A stretch of 64,000 nt of DNA, from the NCBI GenBank assembly GCA_976551045.1, contig CDPCPM010000259.1:4712001-4776000 (forward strand). The letters run 5' to 3'. The DNA is from Glaucostegus cemiculus (Eukaryota). The position numbers were made by a program, and so were the translations under genes. Below are positions 23,298 to 36,742 of the stretch, one piece after another; the stretch's first letter is position 1, and the number at the start of each line of letters is the position of its first letter. The notes under the pieces were generated by a model. The model did no database searches. It was not told the origin of the DNA and worked only from the letters and a program-made list of their open reading frames with translations.

Positions 23298-26200
23298 CTG
23301 GATATTGATTTGTGATCTATTTGCTGTTTAACAGGGACTGGGGTATCTTAAATGGATTCTGTCCAGTTTAGACTATTATTTGAGAAATAAGAATTCTACT
23401 GAGGGGGTAGGTCCAGCCCAGAGCTTAGTTGATGAGCAGATGCTGAGTTTTAGAGGCCAATGTAAGTGGTTGGAACATTCTACATTTTTAAACAAAGTAA
23501 TTCCAGTGGAGTTTAGGGAGACAGTTTCCCAATTTCAAGTCTGGAAAACCTGGAAACACCTGCCCAAATTAAATGTAGCCACAGACCACTCATCCCAATG
23601 TTTTTCTCCAAATGTAAATGACATTGAAAGTTTTTTTTTCCATTCTGTAAACTGGAGAAATGTATTGCCAAGGGTCTGAGTTTTCCTGAAGTTGTTGAAT
23701 AGCGTGCAACTAATATCTGTCAGTGTGTGTAACCAGGTGGTATTAGACAAACTTGGTGGAAAGAAGGAGGTCTTTTTACTGTCAGGAAGTAAAAAGCAAA
23801 TGATTGAAACAATACCTTTGCAGGGTAATTAAAGATCTCTCCTGACGATCTGTAGAACACTCGACTGTGCAGTCTTGATTATGATACTGATAATGAGGTG
23901 GTGAGGTGTTGGAGGTTGATAGAGTGGAAAGGGATGTGTGGTTCAAATCTCCTCACTTTTTGTTCACCTCGGCATTTCTTTTGATTCTGCCATCAACTGT
24001 CATGTTCAAAATGCACGCAAAGCTGTTCAGCACCAACATGAAGGTCCCTGTTTTGGGCCGTCACCGGACTTTTATTGATAGCAGAGTAAACAGTGCGAGA
24101 AAGTCATGGCATTGAGCTCCCTGTCTTTCATTGTTTTTTGAAAAGTCTCCTTTAATTTGTTTCGTGTTGCTCCAAGAATGACTCATAATTAAAAGTGGAT
24201 GAGTTTAAAAAATGTAAGTTGCCATTTCTAGAAGTTGATGGGAATGGTGTGAAGACGTTTACTTTTGGTGGGATCTTAGCCCATAGGCTAATTGGGATTA
24301 TCATTGCCAAACCTTTTACCCTTGCATTATCAGCTAATATAATTATATTGCAATTGATTTCTATTTCTTACAATGTAGCATAATTTGGGATGGTCATGTT
24401 TTACATTACAGGAGTAATGTGTGTACATGCCGTGACCATATCTAATTGAAAAAGAACGTTTACTTCAGGCAGTCTGTAAGGCCACTGAACTGTGCTTTGT
24501 AATTTGGAGTAGGTTGTACCAGACTCATAATTGTATAAATTATTACAGCTTTAGTGTCAGGGGTTTATCCTTTCTTTGTCTGTGTTCTTTTTGTTTCAGA
24601 TAGTTAATGTCCAACTCCTTTCTTCTCTGTCAGTGCAGCACAATGTGATGGGGATGGGATTAGGTGGGAGGCAGTAGCGGTTGGAGAACCTGGTGCCAAC
24701 TGGTCTGACTGCAACTACAGATGAAAGACTTGTGCATCAATGTGACCACACAGAGTGGCAGGCAAGCTCTGTTGGTGTGGTCGAACACTTCTTTTTTCGG
24801 TCAGTATCTGCAGTCAACATTCATGCACAAAGCAAACATTGTGAATTGCAATCCCTGGGGTGGTGATTCCAATAAAAATATCTTTGAGGCATGGTTAAGA
24901 CCAGGAGCAAGCCGTTCAGCCCTTTAAACTCACTGCCACATTCAATTAAGACATGTTTGATGTGTGCCTCAACTCAATTTCATCTTCTTAATGCAAAGAT
25001 ATCCTTATTGTTGTAATCAACAATATTGAACATGGAAAGGTGGGATGGAAAGTGGTCAGATTTGTTTTGTGACCCAGACACTATTCAGAAGTCAACCTGA
25101 TTATAATATTCTGAATCCTAGTTGGAACACCTCAACTATTGATGCAGGCGGAGATAACATTTTGCTATGTTATTTATCATTGGACTAACCAGCAGACCAT
25201 CAGTTTTCCATTCAGATCTTTCCTGTGGCATAAAACCATCCAAAGCAGATTGGACTGAGTTGTTGAGAAGAAACTTTGCTCTGTTACATTGACAGTCCTT
25301 TAGCATAATTGGCTGCAGGTATCATACTTGTTATAATATTCGTGAGGTCTTTTCTCTGCAACTATTTTAAAAAGGTCCATGTACCAGGTTTAGAAGCATC
25401 ATGATGCTGTATTTCAACTTCTGGGGAACCAATCACGGTCAAAGTTTGCAAATTAATAGAAGATCTATAACTAAATGTGGGAGGTAGGGAAACGGAAAAA
25501 GTAATTGTATCCAAAGGCATTTTATTTCACTATAACAGAAGGTATGCATTTTCAAAACCTGTTTCATATTGTTAATAATGGGAGGTTATTCAGATATGTT
25601 TTGTGGCAACTTCAATGCTACTTCTTTTAATGAACTTTCAAAATGATCACTTTGTTTTCCAAATTCCATTAAAAGGTGAAGGCCATTGAAATCCACTTGC
25701 TTGAACTTAATGAATAACTACATCTTATAGAAGAGCATGTACACCATTTGTCAAGGGTTTTGAGCTGGCAGGAGATTTTAACTTTTGCCTCAGTCAGTAA
25801 CTCAGCACTACTTTGGTTTGCAATAGTTGTTTAGCTAACTACTAGTATTTTTCCAAATACATTTGACAAAAATGCACTGGCCAAAATATTGCACTGTTGC
25901 TGGTCAACTTTTTTTTTCATATCAGACTTGACAGAGTATCCAAAAGTTCCCAGCTAGCCAGGATAAAACATTACCAGGAAACTGTCAAGTTACCAGCAAT
26001 GTAGTGTCTGGAAATGAGTAATCAATTAAATAAAAACAGTTTTTTTTCTCTTTCCCATCACTGAGTTGTTGCATTCTTGATCCCGAAATCCTTAAAAGTG
26101 TTGATGACTGTAATTCAATAACATTACAGTTTTAAAACATACAGTGCAAAATCTAAAGTGTGGTTTTGAAAAGAAGGCAGAATGGAGCTGAGAGTATATT

Positions 26201-26811
26201 ACATTTTTTAAGTCACATTTTGTGAGCAAGTGAAAGGTGTCACATTAATGTATAAACCAGTGTGCAACAGTATTCATGGCTATTGGTGGGCCTTGCGAGA
26301 CAGCCCAGTGAGTTTTTCAAACAAAGTTCACAATAAAACAAAATGTGCTGCATGGACATGAACAATACGTCCATGTTGTCTATGGACATAGTGTGCCATG
26401 TAAAAAACACAGATCAAATTGCCATTCTGTCTATGGTGGGCCCCAGTCTAGTTTACAACAGCAATAAACAAAGCTAATGAGAATATAGTGTTACCTTAGA
26501 GTAAGACCAAAATAAAAAAAAATCCCTAATAACTAGCTGGTGATGTCAGATGCCCTAATTAAGGTACAGTGGCCGGTTATGTAGACTTTGTAAAGTTGAA
26601 TGGACTTGATGAACTTTTTTCAAATATTGTTAAGAACTTGATTACCTTTGTAACATCTTTGGATTCTTTCTGCATGTTTGCATCTTTGAGTTACACACAA
26701 AAAAAAATTGGTATTAGAAATAAAGGCTTGGATTCCTACTATTTTAGTTGCACTTGTTGACCATACTTCTGTATATAGACATGCACACACGCACACAGAC
26801 ACAGACACCCA

Positions 26812-26990
26812 NNNNNNNNNNNNNNNNNNNNNNNNNNNNNNNNNNNNNNNNNNNNNNNNNNNNNNNNNNNNNNNNNNNNNNNNNNNNNNNNNNNNNNNNN
26901 NNNNNNNNNNNNNNNNNNNNNNNNNNNNNNNNNNNNNNNNNNNNNNNNNNNNNNNNNNNNNNNNNNNNNNNNNNNNNNNNNNNNNNNNNN
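26812..26990. other. Assembly gap (179 N)
   Basis: Run of N preceded by a (CA)-rich tract. Confidence 1.
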
Positions 26991-27949
26991 AAGCTGCTGA
27001 ATGGAATTCACAGAACCATAAGTTGCAGGCTATTCAACCCAGTGTGTCCACCATGACCCACAATTGGACCTTAGCTTAACCCCACTTCCCAGCTCTTGGT
27101 CTGTAATCCTGCAGGTTACAGCTCTCGAAGCCACTTCCAGGTACTTTTGAAATGTGGCGAGGTGGTGAGGTGGTGAGGCCTCTGCAGATGTCACGCCACA
27201 CCCTTCTGCAACTTCTAATGACTCCTTTGGTGAGTTTTTTTTCTAACTCCGCTCTGACTACAGTCTAATTGGATGCCAACGCTTCAACCAGATGTATGAA
27301 GATTTTCTTTTCACTTAATATTTGTATGTTCAGTCAATTCTGACCAAATGCTGTGTTAAATTTAAACCCACACTGCACATGCCTGCTGCAATGGGACAGA
27401 GATGCTGGTGCAGGCCAGAAAAATCCTTCTGCATTTGTTAATGCTGTGATCCTGATCCCAGCCCCAAAGGACAGCCTTAGACAGACTGCTGACATGTTTC
27501 GGGTTTATTTCCAACACTTCAGAGCTGGGTCAACAGCTGGATTTTCTGGAAATAAAAATCTGGAATTTTCAACCCCACTTTATGCTGGAGGAACCGGATG
27601 ACTTAACAGCAACGGGCAAAGACGTCCAGAAACATGAAACATGAAACTAAGTTGAATAAGTGGAACTAAAATCAGTGGTGATCTAATTAAGTAGTGCAGC
27701 AGTCTCGACGGGCCGAACAACCTTCTCCTTTCCGCTGATGTGCTGGCTTTTACCCATTCTTTCCACTTGTAATCTTAGTTAATAACTGCCTGTCAATCTT
27801 GACAAGTTCTGAAGACCGTCTTTGACAGCTTCAAGTCATGGGTTTTTTTTTGGGGGGGGTGCGCTGGGGTTAAGTTTTAAATCCAAATGCGGCTGGACTA
27901 TTTTAAACTGAGCATTAACAATGTTCCCTATTTAGCACAAGGTGGAAAT

Positions 27950-28440
27950 TCTGCTTCAGTCACGCTCGCTGGGTCTGGTTGGCAGTTGTGGTTGGCAGTG
28001 TAGCACGGGGTTGGGAGGTGAAGTGGGGAGAACAGCTACCTCGCCAAATGTTGGCCAGAAGTGGGCCCCACCACGGGCGATAATTACAGTTTAACCCGCG
28101 TGGAGACGCCGTTTGAGGGTGCACACGGCTTGAGGTGCCGTTGCAAATGAGGACTCTGTGTCTAAGTGCAAGCGTTGATCGAAAGAAATAAAAAGGCCAC
28201 GTCGGTTGACGAATTGCCCTTTTAAGTCTTCTTGGTGGCTGCGGGTTGCTGGTACCTGCAGGGAGACGAGAGGCGAGACGTTCTTTGCAGCTGTGAGCTG
28301 TAGCTCCCCCGCACAGGAAACCAGTGGTCACTGCTTTCCAATGCGCCGCCGTCTGCTTTGGAACGGCCGGTCAAGTGTGTGCCGCATTCCTTATCGCTCC
28401 ATCGCCAGCAAACCTCTCCCCCCTCTCAAGCTCCCTCCCG

Positions 28441-28481
<41 letters not shown>

Positions 28482-29260
28482 TAAGTCAGAGCAGACTTGC
28501 AGTCCGCAGAAAAAGACCTTTTTGTTTGTTAAGAGACTTGGCAATGTGTGTTGCCTCTCTCTCCCCCTCTATAATTCTATCCACGCTATAATCCGAGGAA
28601 CCTGCTTTACATTATCCTGGGCTGTGCGCCGGGCTCGCTGACTAACTGTGCCTGGGCGGACTCGTTAAGGAAATAGAAATCAATGAATTAATGAACAAGG
28701 TGGGCAACTCGCTCTAAACAATGTTAAATAACACGACAGTCTCCTCTTAATTCTGACCGCGCTGAAAGGCAGCCCTCTCCCTCAAGTTTAATTAAAGCGC
28801 ACTGTTGGTAACCAAACCCCCCCTCCCCACCCCAGTCACAGCCCAGAAGGAGAATACTGCTGTTTTGCTTTGACCATCTGCACTCGGGAAATAAGACGTT
28901 TCAGACTCGAATCTAATGACCAATCTTATGGGAAGTTGTGGAAAGCACGCGTCGTTGTGCTGTGGGCTGTGATATTGGCACCTCCGCGGCCACTTTCCGC
29001 AGAGAGACGCGTTTCCTCTTCGCTGGACCGTGTGTTGTTTTTTTTTCACTCTCTCCGGACTCTGGAGGTTGGCGGAAATTACCCGTCGTTTCGAGTTATA
29101 AATAAATGGTCTCTGTGAATTCCAGCTGTCAGACTTTACTTAAGACGTTTCTATATTCGTGATAGGGAAAGGAGAAAGAAAGGTGGGGCGGTGAGAGGGG
29201 GAAACACCCTCCGGAACATCATAAATAGAATTAACGTGTTAATCACAAAAAAAGGTAATT
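27950..29260. promoter_or_regulatory. Intronic CpG-rich, transposon-free island with a (CT)n(CA)n tract
   Basis: Many CpGs compared with the depleted flanks; no recognisable repeat or exon. Confidence 0.4.
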
Positions 29261-30052
29261 TGCCCAAATCAGCCTTCTAAAACCATGTTAAGTCAGCGGT
29301 CTAACCAGCCTCTAACAGCACCAAGCAAGAGAAGGTTGGAAGTATTCAGAAGGACAGGCAGCATCTTTGGAGAGAGAAGCTTTAGACAGTTAACATTTCA
29401 TTATCATTTACCTTTAATTAAAGCTCTGGGGGAAAAAGCAGACATTAAACAAGTTTTAATTTCCACAGAAAATTGTTTCATTTCTCACTTTACAATGATT
29501 CAAAGATCATTGAATTGAAAGATTCTTTCTCCACAGATGCTGCCTGACCTGCTGAGTGTTTCCAGCATTTTCTGTTTTCGTTTCAGATTTCTGGCATCTG
29601 CAGTGGTTTGCTTTTGGACTGACAGGAGCACCTATCACAAAGCTAATGGGAACATTTGGGGGTCTTGTGTAAGAATGTGTGAACCCCATGTGACCATCTG
29701 TAATAAGATTTATTCCTTCAATCCTGCAATTTCTGTGGACATGTCTCATGAATCTGATTTTTTTTCCTGGAGGTAACAAGGAGATTGATGAAGGTAGGGC
29801 AGTAGTTGTTGTATATATGGACCTTAGAAAGGCTTTTGATGCAGTCCCGTTAGGTAGGTTGATCCCAAGGGATCTGAGGTGTATTGGTGAACTGGATCCA
29901 AAATAGGCTTTGTGATAGGAAGCAGCGGGTAGCAGTGGATGAACATGTCTCTGGCTGTAACAAGTGGTGTATCACAGGGATCAGTGCTGTTTGTAACATA
30001 TATAAATTAATTGGATGAGGATCTAGTGGATATGAAGTCTGGATAATGAAAA

Positions 30053-30912
30053 GAAACAAAGGACTGCAGATGCTGGAATCTAGATGAGAAACACAATGGT
30101 GCTGGAGGAACTCAGCAGGCCAGGCAGCATCCATGGAGAAAAGCAGGCGGTCAATGTTTCGGGTCAGGACCCTTCTTCAGGACTGAAGATAGGAAAAGGG
30201 GAAGCCCGATATATAGGAGGGAAAAGCAGAGCAGTGATAGATGGACAAAAGAGGGGAGGCGGGGTGGACACAAGGTGGTGATGGGTTAGATGCAGGTAAG
30301 AGATAGTGATGGGCAGGTGCGGGGGAGGAGGGGAGAGCAGATCCACCGGGGGATGGGTCAAAGGTAAGGAGAGAGAGGTAAAAACAGGTAGGAAAAAAGA
30401 GGCTAGGGAAGGGAAGAAGCACGGTAGGGGGGAGGTTGTGGGGAAGTAATGTGGAGATTACTTAAAGTGGGAGAATTCAATGTTCATGCCGTTAGGCTGC
30501 AAGGTTCCAAGATGGAAAATGAGGTGCTATTCCTCCAATTTGTGTTTGGAATTCTCCTGGCAGTGGAGGAGGCTGAGGACTGACATATGAGTGATGGGGG
30601 GAGTTGAAGTGACTTGCGCTGGGGAGATGCAGATCACGATTATGGACTGTGGAACAAGATGGCAGCATAGACACAGAGCAAGGAAGGTCACATGGCTATG
30701 GAACCGAGTCTGAGTGAGCGCATGGTTGAGGAGCGGGAGAGCAGAGAAGATCACAGAGTGGGGGGGGGGAATTGAGGGAGGGACTCACGAAACTCCCATG
30801 GAAGAGAGGAAGAAAACTTCTTCAAAGTGGGCATCCTTGAAGAGACTTTGCAGTGGAACAGTAATACTGGAGAAACAAAGGACTGCGGATGCTGGAATCT
30901 GGATGAAAAACA
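30053..30912 (-). mobile_element. Internally deleted Penelope-like element with direct terminal repeats
   Basis: gaaacaaaggactgc.gatgctggaatct.gatga.aaaca at 30053 and 30872; minus strand NHALTQTRFHSHVTFL..CL joined to HFNS...MSVLSLLHCQ...KLEE*HLIFHLGTLQPNGMNIEFSHFK* (GIY-YIG end). Confidence 0.8.
30148..30185 (-). ncRNA. Minimal hammerhead ribozyme motif in a Penelope terminus
   Basis: cagtc-CTGAAGA-a-gggtcctgaccc-GAAA-catt-gaccg. Confidence 0.65.
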
Positions 30913-33449
30913 AAGAAGAATGTTTAAAAATACAGTGGGACATAGATCAGCTGGAAAGTTGGGCGGAGGGGTGGCAGATGGAACTTAAACAGACAAGTGT
31001 GAGATAATACACTTTGGGAAATCAAATCCTGGAAGGAAATATAGAGTATATAGCAGGAACCTTAGGAGTGCAGATGTACAAAGAGACCTTGGGATACAAG
31101 TCAATAGCTTCCTGAAACTGGTGATGGACGTGGATAGGATAATGCAAAAAGGCATTTGGATGCTTGCCTTCGTAGGCTGCAGCATTGAGTATAAGATTTG
31201 GGACACCATGTTGCAGTCATACAAAAGATTGGTTAGACTGCACTCTACAGTTAGACTGTACAGTTCTGGTCACCGCACTACAGAAAGGATGTGGTAGCAA
31301 TAGAGAGAGTACAGAAGAGATTCACTAGGATGTTGCCTGGAATGGTGACCTGTAGATACAAGGAGAGGTTGCATGGGCTGGGTTTAATCTCATTGGAATG
31401 TAAGAGGCTGAGAAATGATGTTATAGGTGTTTACAAAATTATGGGGGGCATAGGTAGGATGGACCATCAGAATCTTTTTCCTGGGGCAGGGGTGTCTAGA
31501 TGTAAGGTGAGGGGGAGAAATTTAAGGGAGATCTGAGAGGTAAGTTTTTCACAAAGAGGGTGGTGAATATTTGGAACAAGCTATCAGAAGAGGTAGTGGA
31601 GGCAGATACTATCACAATACTTAAAAGGCATTTGAACAGATACTTGGATAGGAATGGCACAGAGGGATATAGGCCTAACATGGGCAAATGGAATTAGTGC
31701 AGATATACATCATGTTGGTACGGGCAAAATAGGCTGTAAGGGGCCATTTCTGTGCTGTATGTTTCTATGATTATATGCACTGTGGAAGGGTTTGACTCCA
31801 TTATTGTCTAAACAAAAATCTGCCACATATTACCACTGCTCTTCTGAAATTACTTCGCCTTGAATTTTATTCATTTGTGATGTTAGTGTCCCTAGAGTGA
31901 TCCAATTTAAAAATGTGAGCACTTTTTCATGGTTAGTTACACCAGTTTTTAGCCCAAGTTAGCGTCAACTATTTCCATAATTTACTATTGCATGGATTTT
32001 CCTGCAGTATTGCCCGAGAGGAGCTGTTGGAGAAACTTCTTTTCAGAAGGAAAGTCTTCACTAAAAATGTAACGTTCCTCTTTAAGTCAGATTTCAAGCT
32101 TTCTCCCTTTGTGATTTATAGAAATCAACCTGGATGTGCAGTAATCACAAAAGGATGCTGTGATAAAGTGGTACTCTGGTCACCAGGAGTCTCTGTTGCT
32201 TAGTAACCTGGAGACAGAGCTTGGGAGCTGGGAAAAGCTGTCAATCCTCACTCCAGCATGGTTCAGAACTAATGAGCTTCTTAAGAATTAGTTGATCTTG
32301 AAATGATTGGAAAACTGAACTGGATAATTTGGTGCAGGGTGAGTAGGTTTGGGGAGGTGGGGCAGAGAGAGGAGGAGGAGGAGGAGGAGGGGTAAAATCT
32401 TGCAAATGCAGGGACTCTTAATGTCCATGGAGAATTAATGAAACCTTGTGATGTGTTCAGCAGTTGTCAATGTTTAAACCCTAGGATAAGATGCAGAAAG
32501 TGTCCTGTGGCAACATGATAGACTGGCACTTCTGCCAGGTAATTTGAAGGTGTGAGGCTGCAAACTGAGCTGTATGATCTCAATTTCCCTCGACGTGGGG
32601 GGAAGGGAAACTTAATAAATTAAAGCAGTTAAACTATGACAGATAGATTTCCCCTCCTGATCCAGGACAACCATGGGTTACACATCAGCTCACTGGGAGG
32701 GAGGTTATTTTAAATAGACTTCAAAGAGTTGTTACTTTATTTTGCAAAGTCCAATTCTAAAATTGGCAAAAATGGTAAAGGAAGGATACAATAGCCTCTT
32801 TGTTGGATGGTCGTAGTCTCATAACAAGGATCAAATATCAGTCCTGCCCTGCACGATGTGTATTAATCTCAATGCTCCAAACACTGGAGACATTTTGAAT
32901 CAAAGCAGATATTTTTTCTCTGTATTTTGCAAGGATAATGCCACAAGCAGTTCGAAACCTGAAGATTTTCCCCAAACTTTCTACAAACTGTGTCAGTTAC
33001 AGGGGTGAAAGTGTTCTGCAGTCTCTGACAGAGAGACGAGCCAGGTTTTCAGTAGTTTTGGGAAAGTTACAAAATTCAGACGGATTCTTAAAGTGGCAAA
33101 TGGTGCTGGTTAAGTTATGCTGGTTACCAAACTGAAAATTAAAATAAACGTTCAAAAAGGAAACATTCTCATGGCAAGGGGTTGGAGTTCCAGAAGAGAC
33201 CATGTGAGCAATTCTGGCCTGGTGTTTGAACCTTCAACCTTCAAAGCTGAGAGTGTAATTAGCTGAGCTGAATTGACATTTAAAATAGTGACAATGTATT
33301 ACATCAAATGTTTGCACTCCAGAATGGAATGGATTTATGGTGGTCCAGAATGAAAATGGTGTTGGTCCCACTAACACTTACTTTGGACAAAAAGCCCCTG
33401 TAAAATACTGTGGTTTCAGAAGAAAGGAAGTTTGTTAAGGGGGCATTGG

Positions 33450-33566
33450 ATACACAAGAAACTGCAGTTGCTGGAATCTGGAGCAACAAGCAATCTGCTG
33501 GAGGAACTCAGCAGGTTGAGCAGCATCTGCTCGACCTGCTGAGTTCCTCCAGCAGATTGCTTGTTG
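33450..33566. repeat. Penelope-terminus-derived near-perfect palindrome (40-bp arms, 3-nt loop)
   Basis: 33484-33523 versus 33527-33566; a single U-G wobble on the + transcript. Confidence 0.9.
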
Positions 33567-33949
33567 ATAAGGACACATTACTTCTTCTGTTCCTTATAAA
33601 AGCCTCAAGCTATTAAAAATGAACTCAGCAATCTTAACAAGCAGTCACTGATATTTAATGAAGAATAAGTTGCAAAACTGTAGGGATATAAGAAGGGGGC
33701 GGGGGAAAATGGGAATGATGGGATTAGTATGCTGGCAGTCAGCGTGGACCTGATGGGGTGAATGCCCCTCCCAGTGGTATAGGATGCAAGATGCCTATAT
33801 TTTCCCTTATAGTTGAAAGCTAAGAAAATGTAGATGCTGGAAATCTGAAATAAAAACAGAAAATGCTGGAAACACTCAGCAGGTCAGGCAGCATCTGCAG
33901 AAAGGGAAGCAGAGTTAAAATTAGGGTCATTTTTAAAATATCTTCTCTA

Positions 33950-35060
33950 ACGATGGGGACTTCAGGGTCACTAGCCACAATTTCTAAACTGGCAGATGAC
34001 ATAAAACTAGGCAGCAAAAAACAAACTGCTGGAGGAACTCAGCGGGTCAGGCAGCATCTGTGGAGGGAAATGGGTGGTTGACATCTTGGGATGAGACCCT
34101 TCACCTGGATGTGATTTTTTGCTGCAGATTCCAGTGTCTGCAATCTCTGTGTCTCCATTAAAGTGAAGCAGCGTTGCGAACTGTGTAGTGGGATATAATT
34201 GGGCTGGTGGAGCAGACAGATTGAGTTTAATGCAGGGAAATCATTTTGGTTGGAAGGATGGGGAGAGGCAATACAGAATAAATGGTTCTAAAAAGGGTGC
34301 AGGAGCTGAGGGGGCAAATGGGACTAGCTTCAATGGGCATCTTGGCCAGAATGGATGATTTGGGCTGAAGGGCCTGTTTCCGTGGTGTATGACTCTATGA
34401 CCTGTAGGTCTGGGTGCACAAATCATTGGAGGTGACAGAGTAGGTTCAGAACATGGTTAATTGGGTGCATGCAGTTGTGAGCTTCATCAAGAGAGGCATA
34501 GAATATAAAAGCAGAGGCATTATTGTTGAACCTGTATAAAAAAGTGGTGCAATCTCAGCAGGTATATTGTGTTCAGTTCTGGTTGCTACGTAATAAGTAG
34601 AATGTGAAGGCTTTAAGAGAGTTCAGAAAAGATTGAGGACTAAGTTCACAAGGCTAGATTGGAAAGGGTGGATTCCTTGGAGAAGAGAAAGCTGAGGAGA
34701 GATTTGGTAGAAGTATATAAAATAATGAGGGATCTGGGCGGAGTGGAGAATGAGAGGCTGTGCCCTTTGGTAGAGGGGTCAATGATTGAAGACTAGAGGT
34801 GTAAACTAAAGGCGGAGACAATTAAGGGAGACCTGAGAAAAACTTTTATGCACTGTGTGTTTGGAATCTAGAATGCACTTCCCGCAGATTTGGCAGAGGC
34901 AGGTTCCATTGTGGCCTTCAGGAAGGTATCAGACAGATATACAGCGGAGAAAAATTTGAAAGGCTTCAGAATATGGGCCACGAGTTGGAACTGGAGAGTT
35001 GACATGGTTGACAAGTGTGGATATAATGGGCCAAATCACCTTCTCCAGTGTTGTAATCAT
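33950..35060 (+). mobile_element. Old CR1 fragment with nested Penelope terminus (~34015-34157) and SINE/CR1 tail (~34305-34400)
   Basis: ISKLADDIKLG, later LYKKVV.S....CVQFW, and a CR1 tail. Confidence 0.7.
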
Positions 35061-35642
35061 TCTGTGGTTATTGAGGCCATTAATGACAGGGGATACATGC
35101 ACTGATGGCAATTGCAGTCAATGAAGAGAAAAGTTTTACTGTACATGTGGAAACACTGTGATTAGACTGAGAATGCAAGGATTGGAATTGAAGGAAAGAC
35201 TTGCTTTCTGATAAACCCTTTCATATCCTTTTGTTGTGCCAAAGCACTTCATAGAAAATGAGGCACATTTGAAATGTCCCTCATTTGCACAGTCACATTT
35301 GCAAGGAATGGCAGAAGAGTTTTAGTTTAATTTGGCATTGTGTTTAGCACAGGTATCGTGGGCCGAAGGGCCTATTCCTGTGCTGTACTGGTCAACGTTC
35401 TATGTTGTCCCTTTTAAGATGGGAAACCTGCCAGTATTTGTGCACAGCAAGCTCCCACAAACAGCAGTGTGATGATGACTAAATAAGCTGTGTTTAATGA
35501 TGTTAATTACTGGACGGGACACTGGGGAGAAGCCCCTGCTCTGGGTTTGATTCAGTGTCTCATCTATAGCTGTTCCTTCAATGGGGTTGCTTTCCCCTTG
35601 AGAAAAGGCTGAATGGGTGTCTCAGTAAAACTCTTTATATAA

Positions 35643-36180
35643 AGAGTCACACAGCATGGAAACAGGCCCTTCGGCCCAACTGGTCCATTCTGACCTAAAT
35701 ACCTATCCAAGCTAGTCCAATTTGCCTGTGTTTGGCCCATATCCCTAAATCTTTCCTATCCACGTATCTGTAACTGGGTTTTAAATGTACCTGCCTCAAC
35801 TACTTCCTCTAGCAGTTCATTCCATATAAAGACCTCCCTCTGGGTGAAAAAAATTGCCCCTCAGGTTCCTATTAAATCTCTGCCCTCTCACCTTAAACCT
35901 TCATCCTTTAGTTATTGATCCCCCCAACCCTGGGGAAAAGACTGAGTGCATTCACCCTATCCCTGCCCCTCATGATTTTATACAAATAAGATCACCTCTC
36001 AGTCTCCTGTGCTCCAAGGTAAAAAGTCCTAGCCTGTCCAACTTCTCCTTGTAAGTCCTGGCAATATCCTTGTAAGTCTTTTCTGTACTCTTTACAGTTT
36101 TATAACATATTTCCCACAGCACGGTGACCAAAACTGAACACAATACTCCAAGTGTGGTCCCACCAGCATCCTGTACAACT
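35643..36180 (-). mobile_element. CR1 3' fragment
   Basis: YKEKLDRLGLFTLEHRRLRGDL; tail acacagcatggaaacaggcccttcggccc. Confidence 0.85.
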
Positions 36181-36427
36181 GCAATGAAAATGGACTGGAC
36201 AGAGTGCAGAGGAGATGTACAAGGATGATATTGGAAATGGGGGGCTGTGCAAAGGAGGAACAGACTGTGTCCCTTTACTCTTGGGAAAGAGTGTCGCAGG
36301 AGTGACCCATTTGAGGCTAGGGAGATTTTTAGACTTTCTACTTTTGGGAAGAGCACAACCAGAGGATAGATAGGGAGGGAATTCGGGAGAGCTGCTTTTC
36401 CAAAGAGCAGTGAGAATGTGGAATCCA

Positions 36428-36742
36428 CCACTGAGGACATCTTCAAGAGGCAGTGCCTGAAGGAGGCAGCATCCATCACTAAGGACCCCCACCACCCGGG
36501 ACATGCCCTCTTCTCGTTACTACCATCGGGGAGGAGGTACAGGAGCCTGAAGACCCACACTCAATGATTCAGGAACAGCTTCTTCCCCTCTGCCATCAGA
36601 TTTCTGAACGGTCCATGAACCCATGAACACTACCTCATTTTTTTGCACTATTTATTTTGTAATTTATAGTAATTTTATGTCCTAGGCACAAAACAACAAA
36701 TTTCATGTCTTCTGTGATAATAAACCTGATTCTGATTCTGAC
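36428..36742 (+). mobile_element. Rex1/Babar-like 3' fragment
   Basis: AASITKDPHHPGHALFSLLPSGRRYRSLKTHTQ.FRNSFFP; tail aataaacctgattctgattctga. Confidence 0.85.

Larger units (their letters stand above)
29620..31772 (+). mobile_element. Degenerate CR1 (RT to tail) interrupted by a Penelope-like element
   Basis: IDEGRAVVVVYMDLRKAFD, TSGVSQGSVL; after 30912 EECLKIQWDIDQLESWAEGWQME, IERVQKRFTRMLPG and a tail. Confidence 0.85.

Noticed and set aside
26351-26400. Small inverted repeats (catggac/gtccatg) resembling p53 half-sites
   Set aside because: Short, imperfect, and plausible by chance.
26708-27079. ORFs containing X runs
   Set aside because: Artefacts of the N gap.
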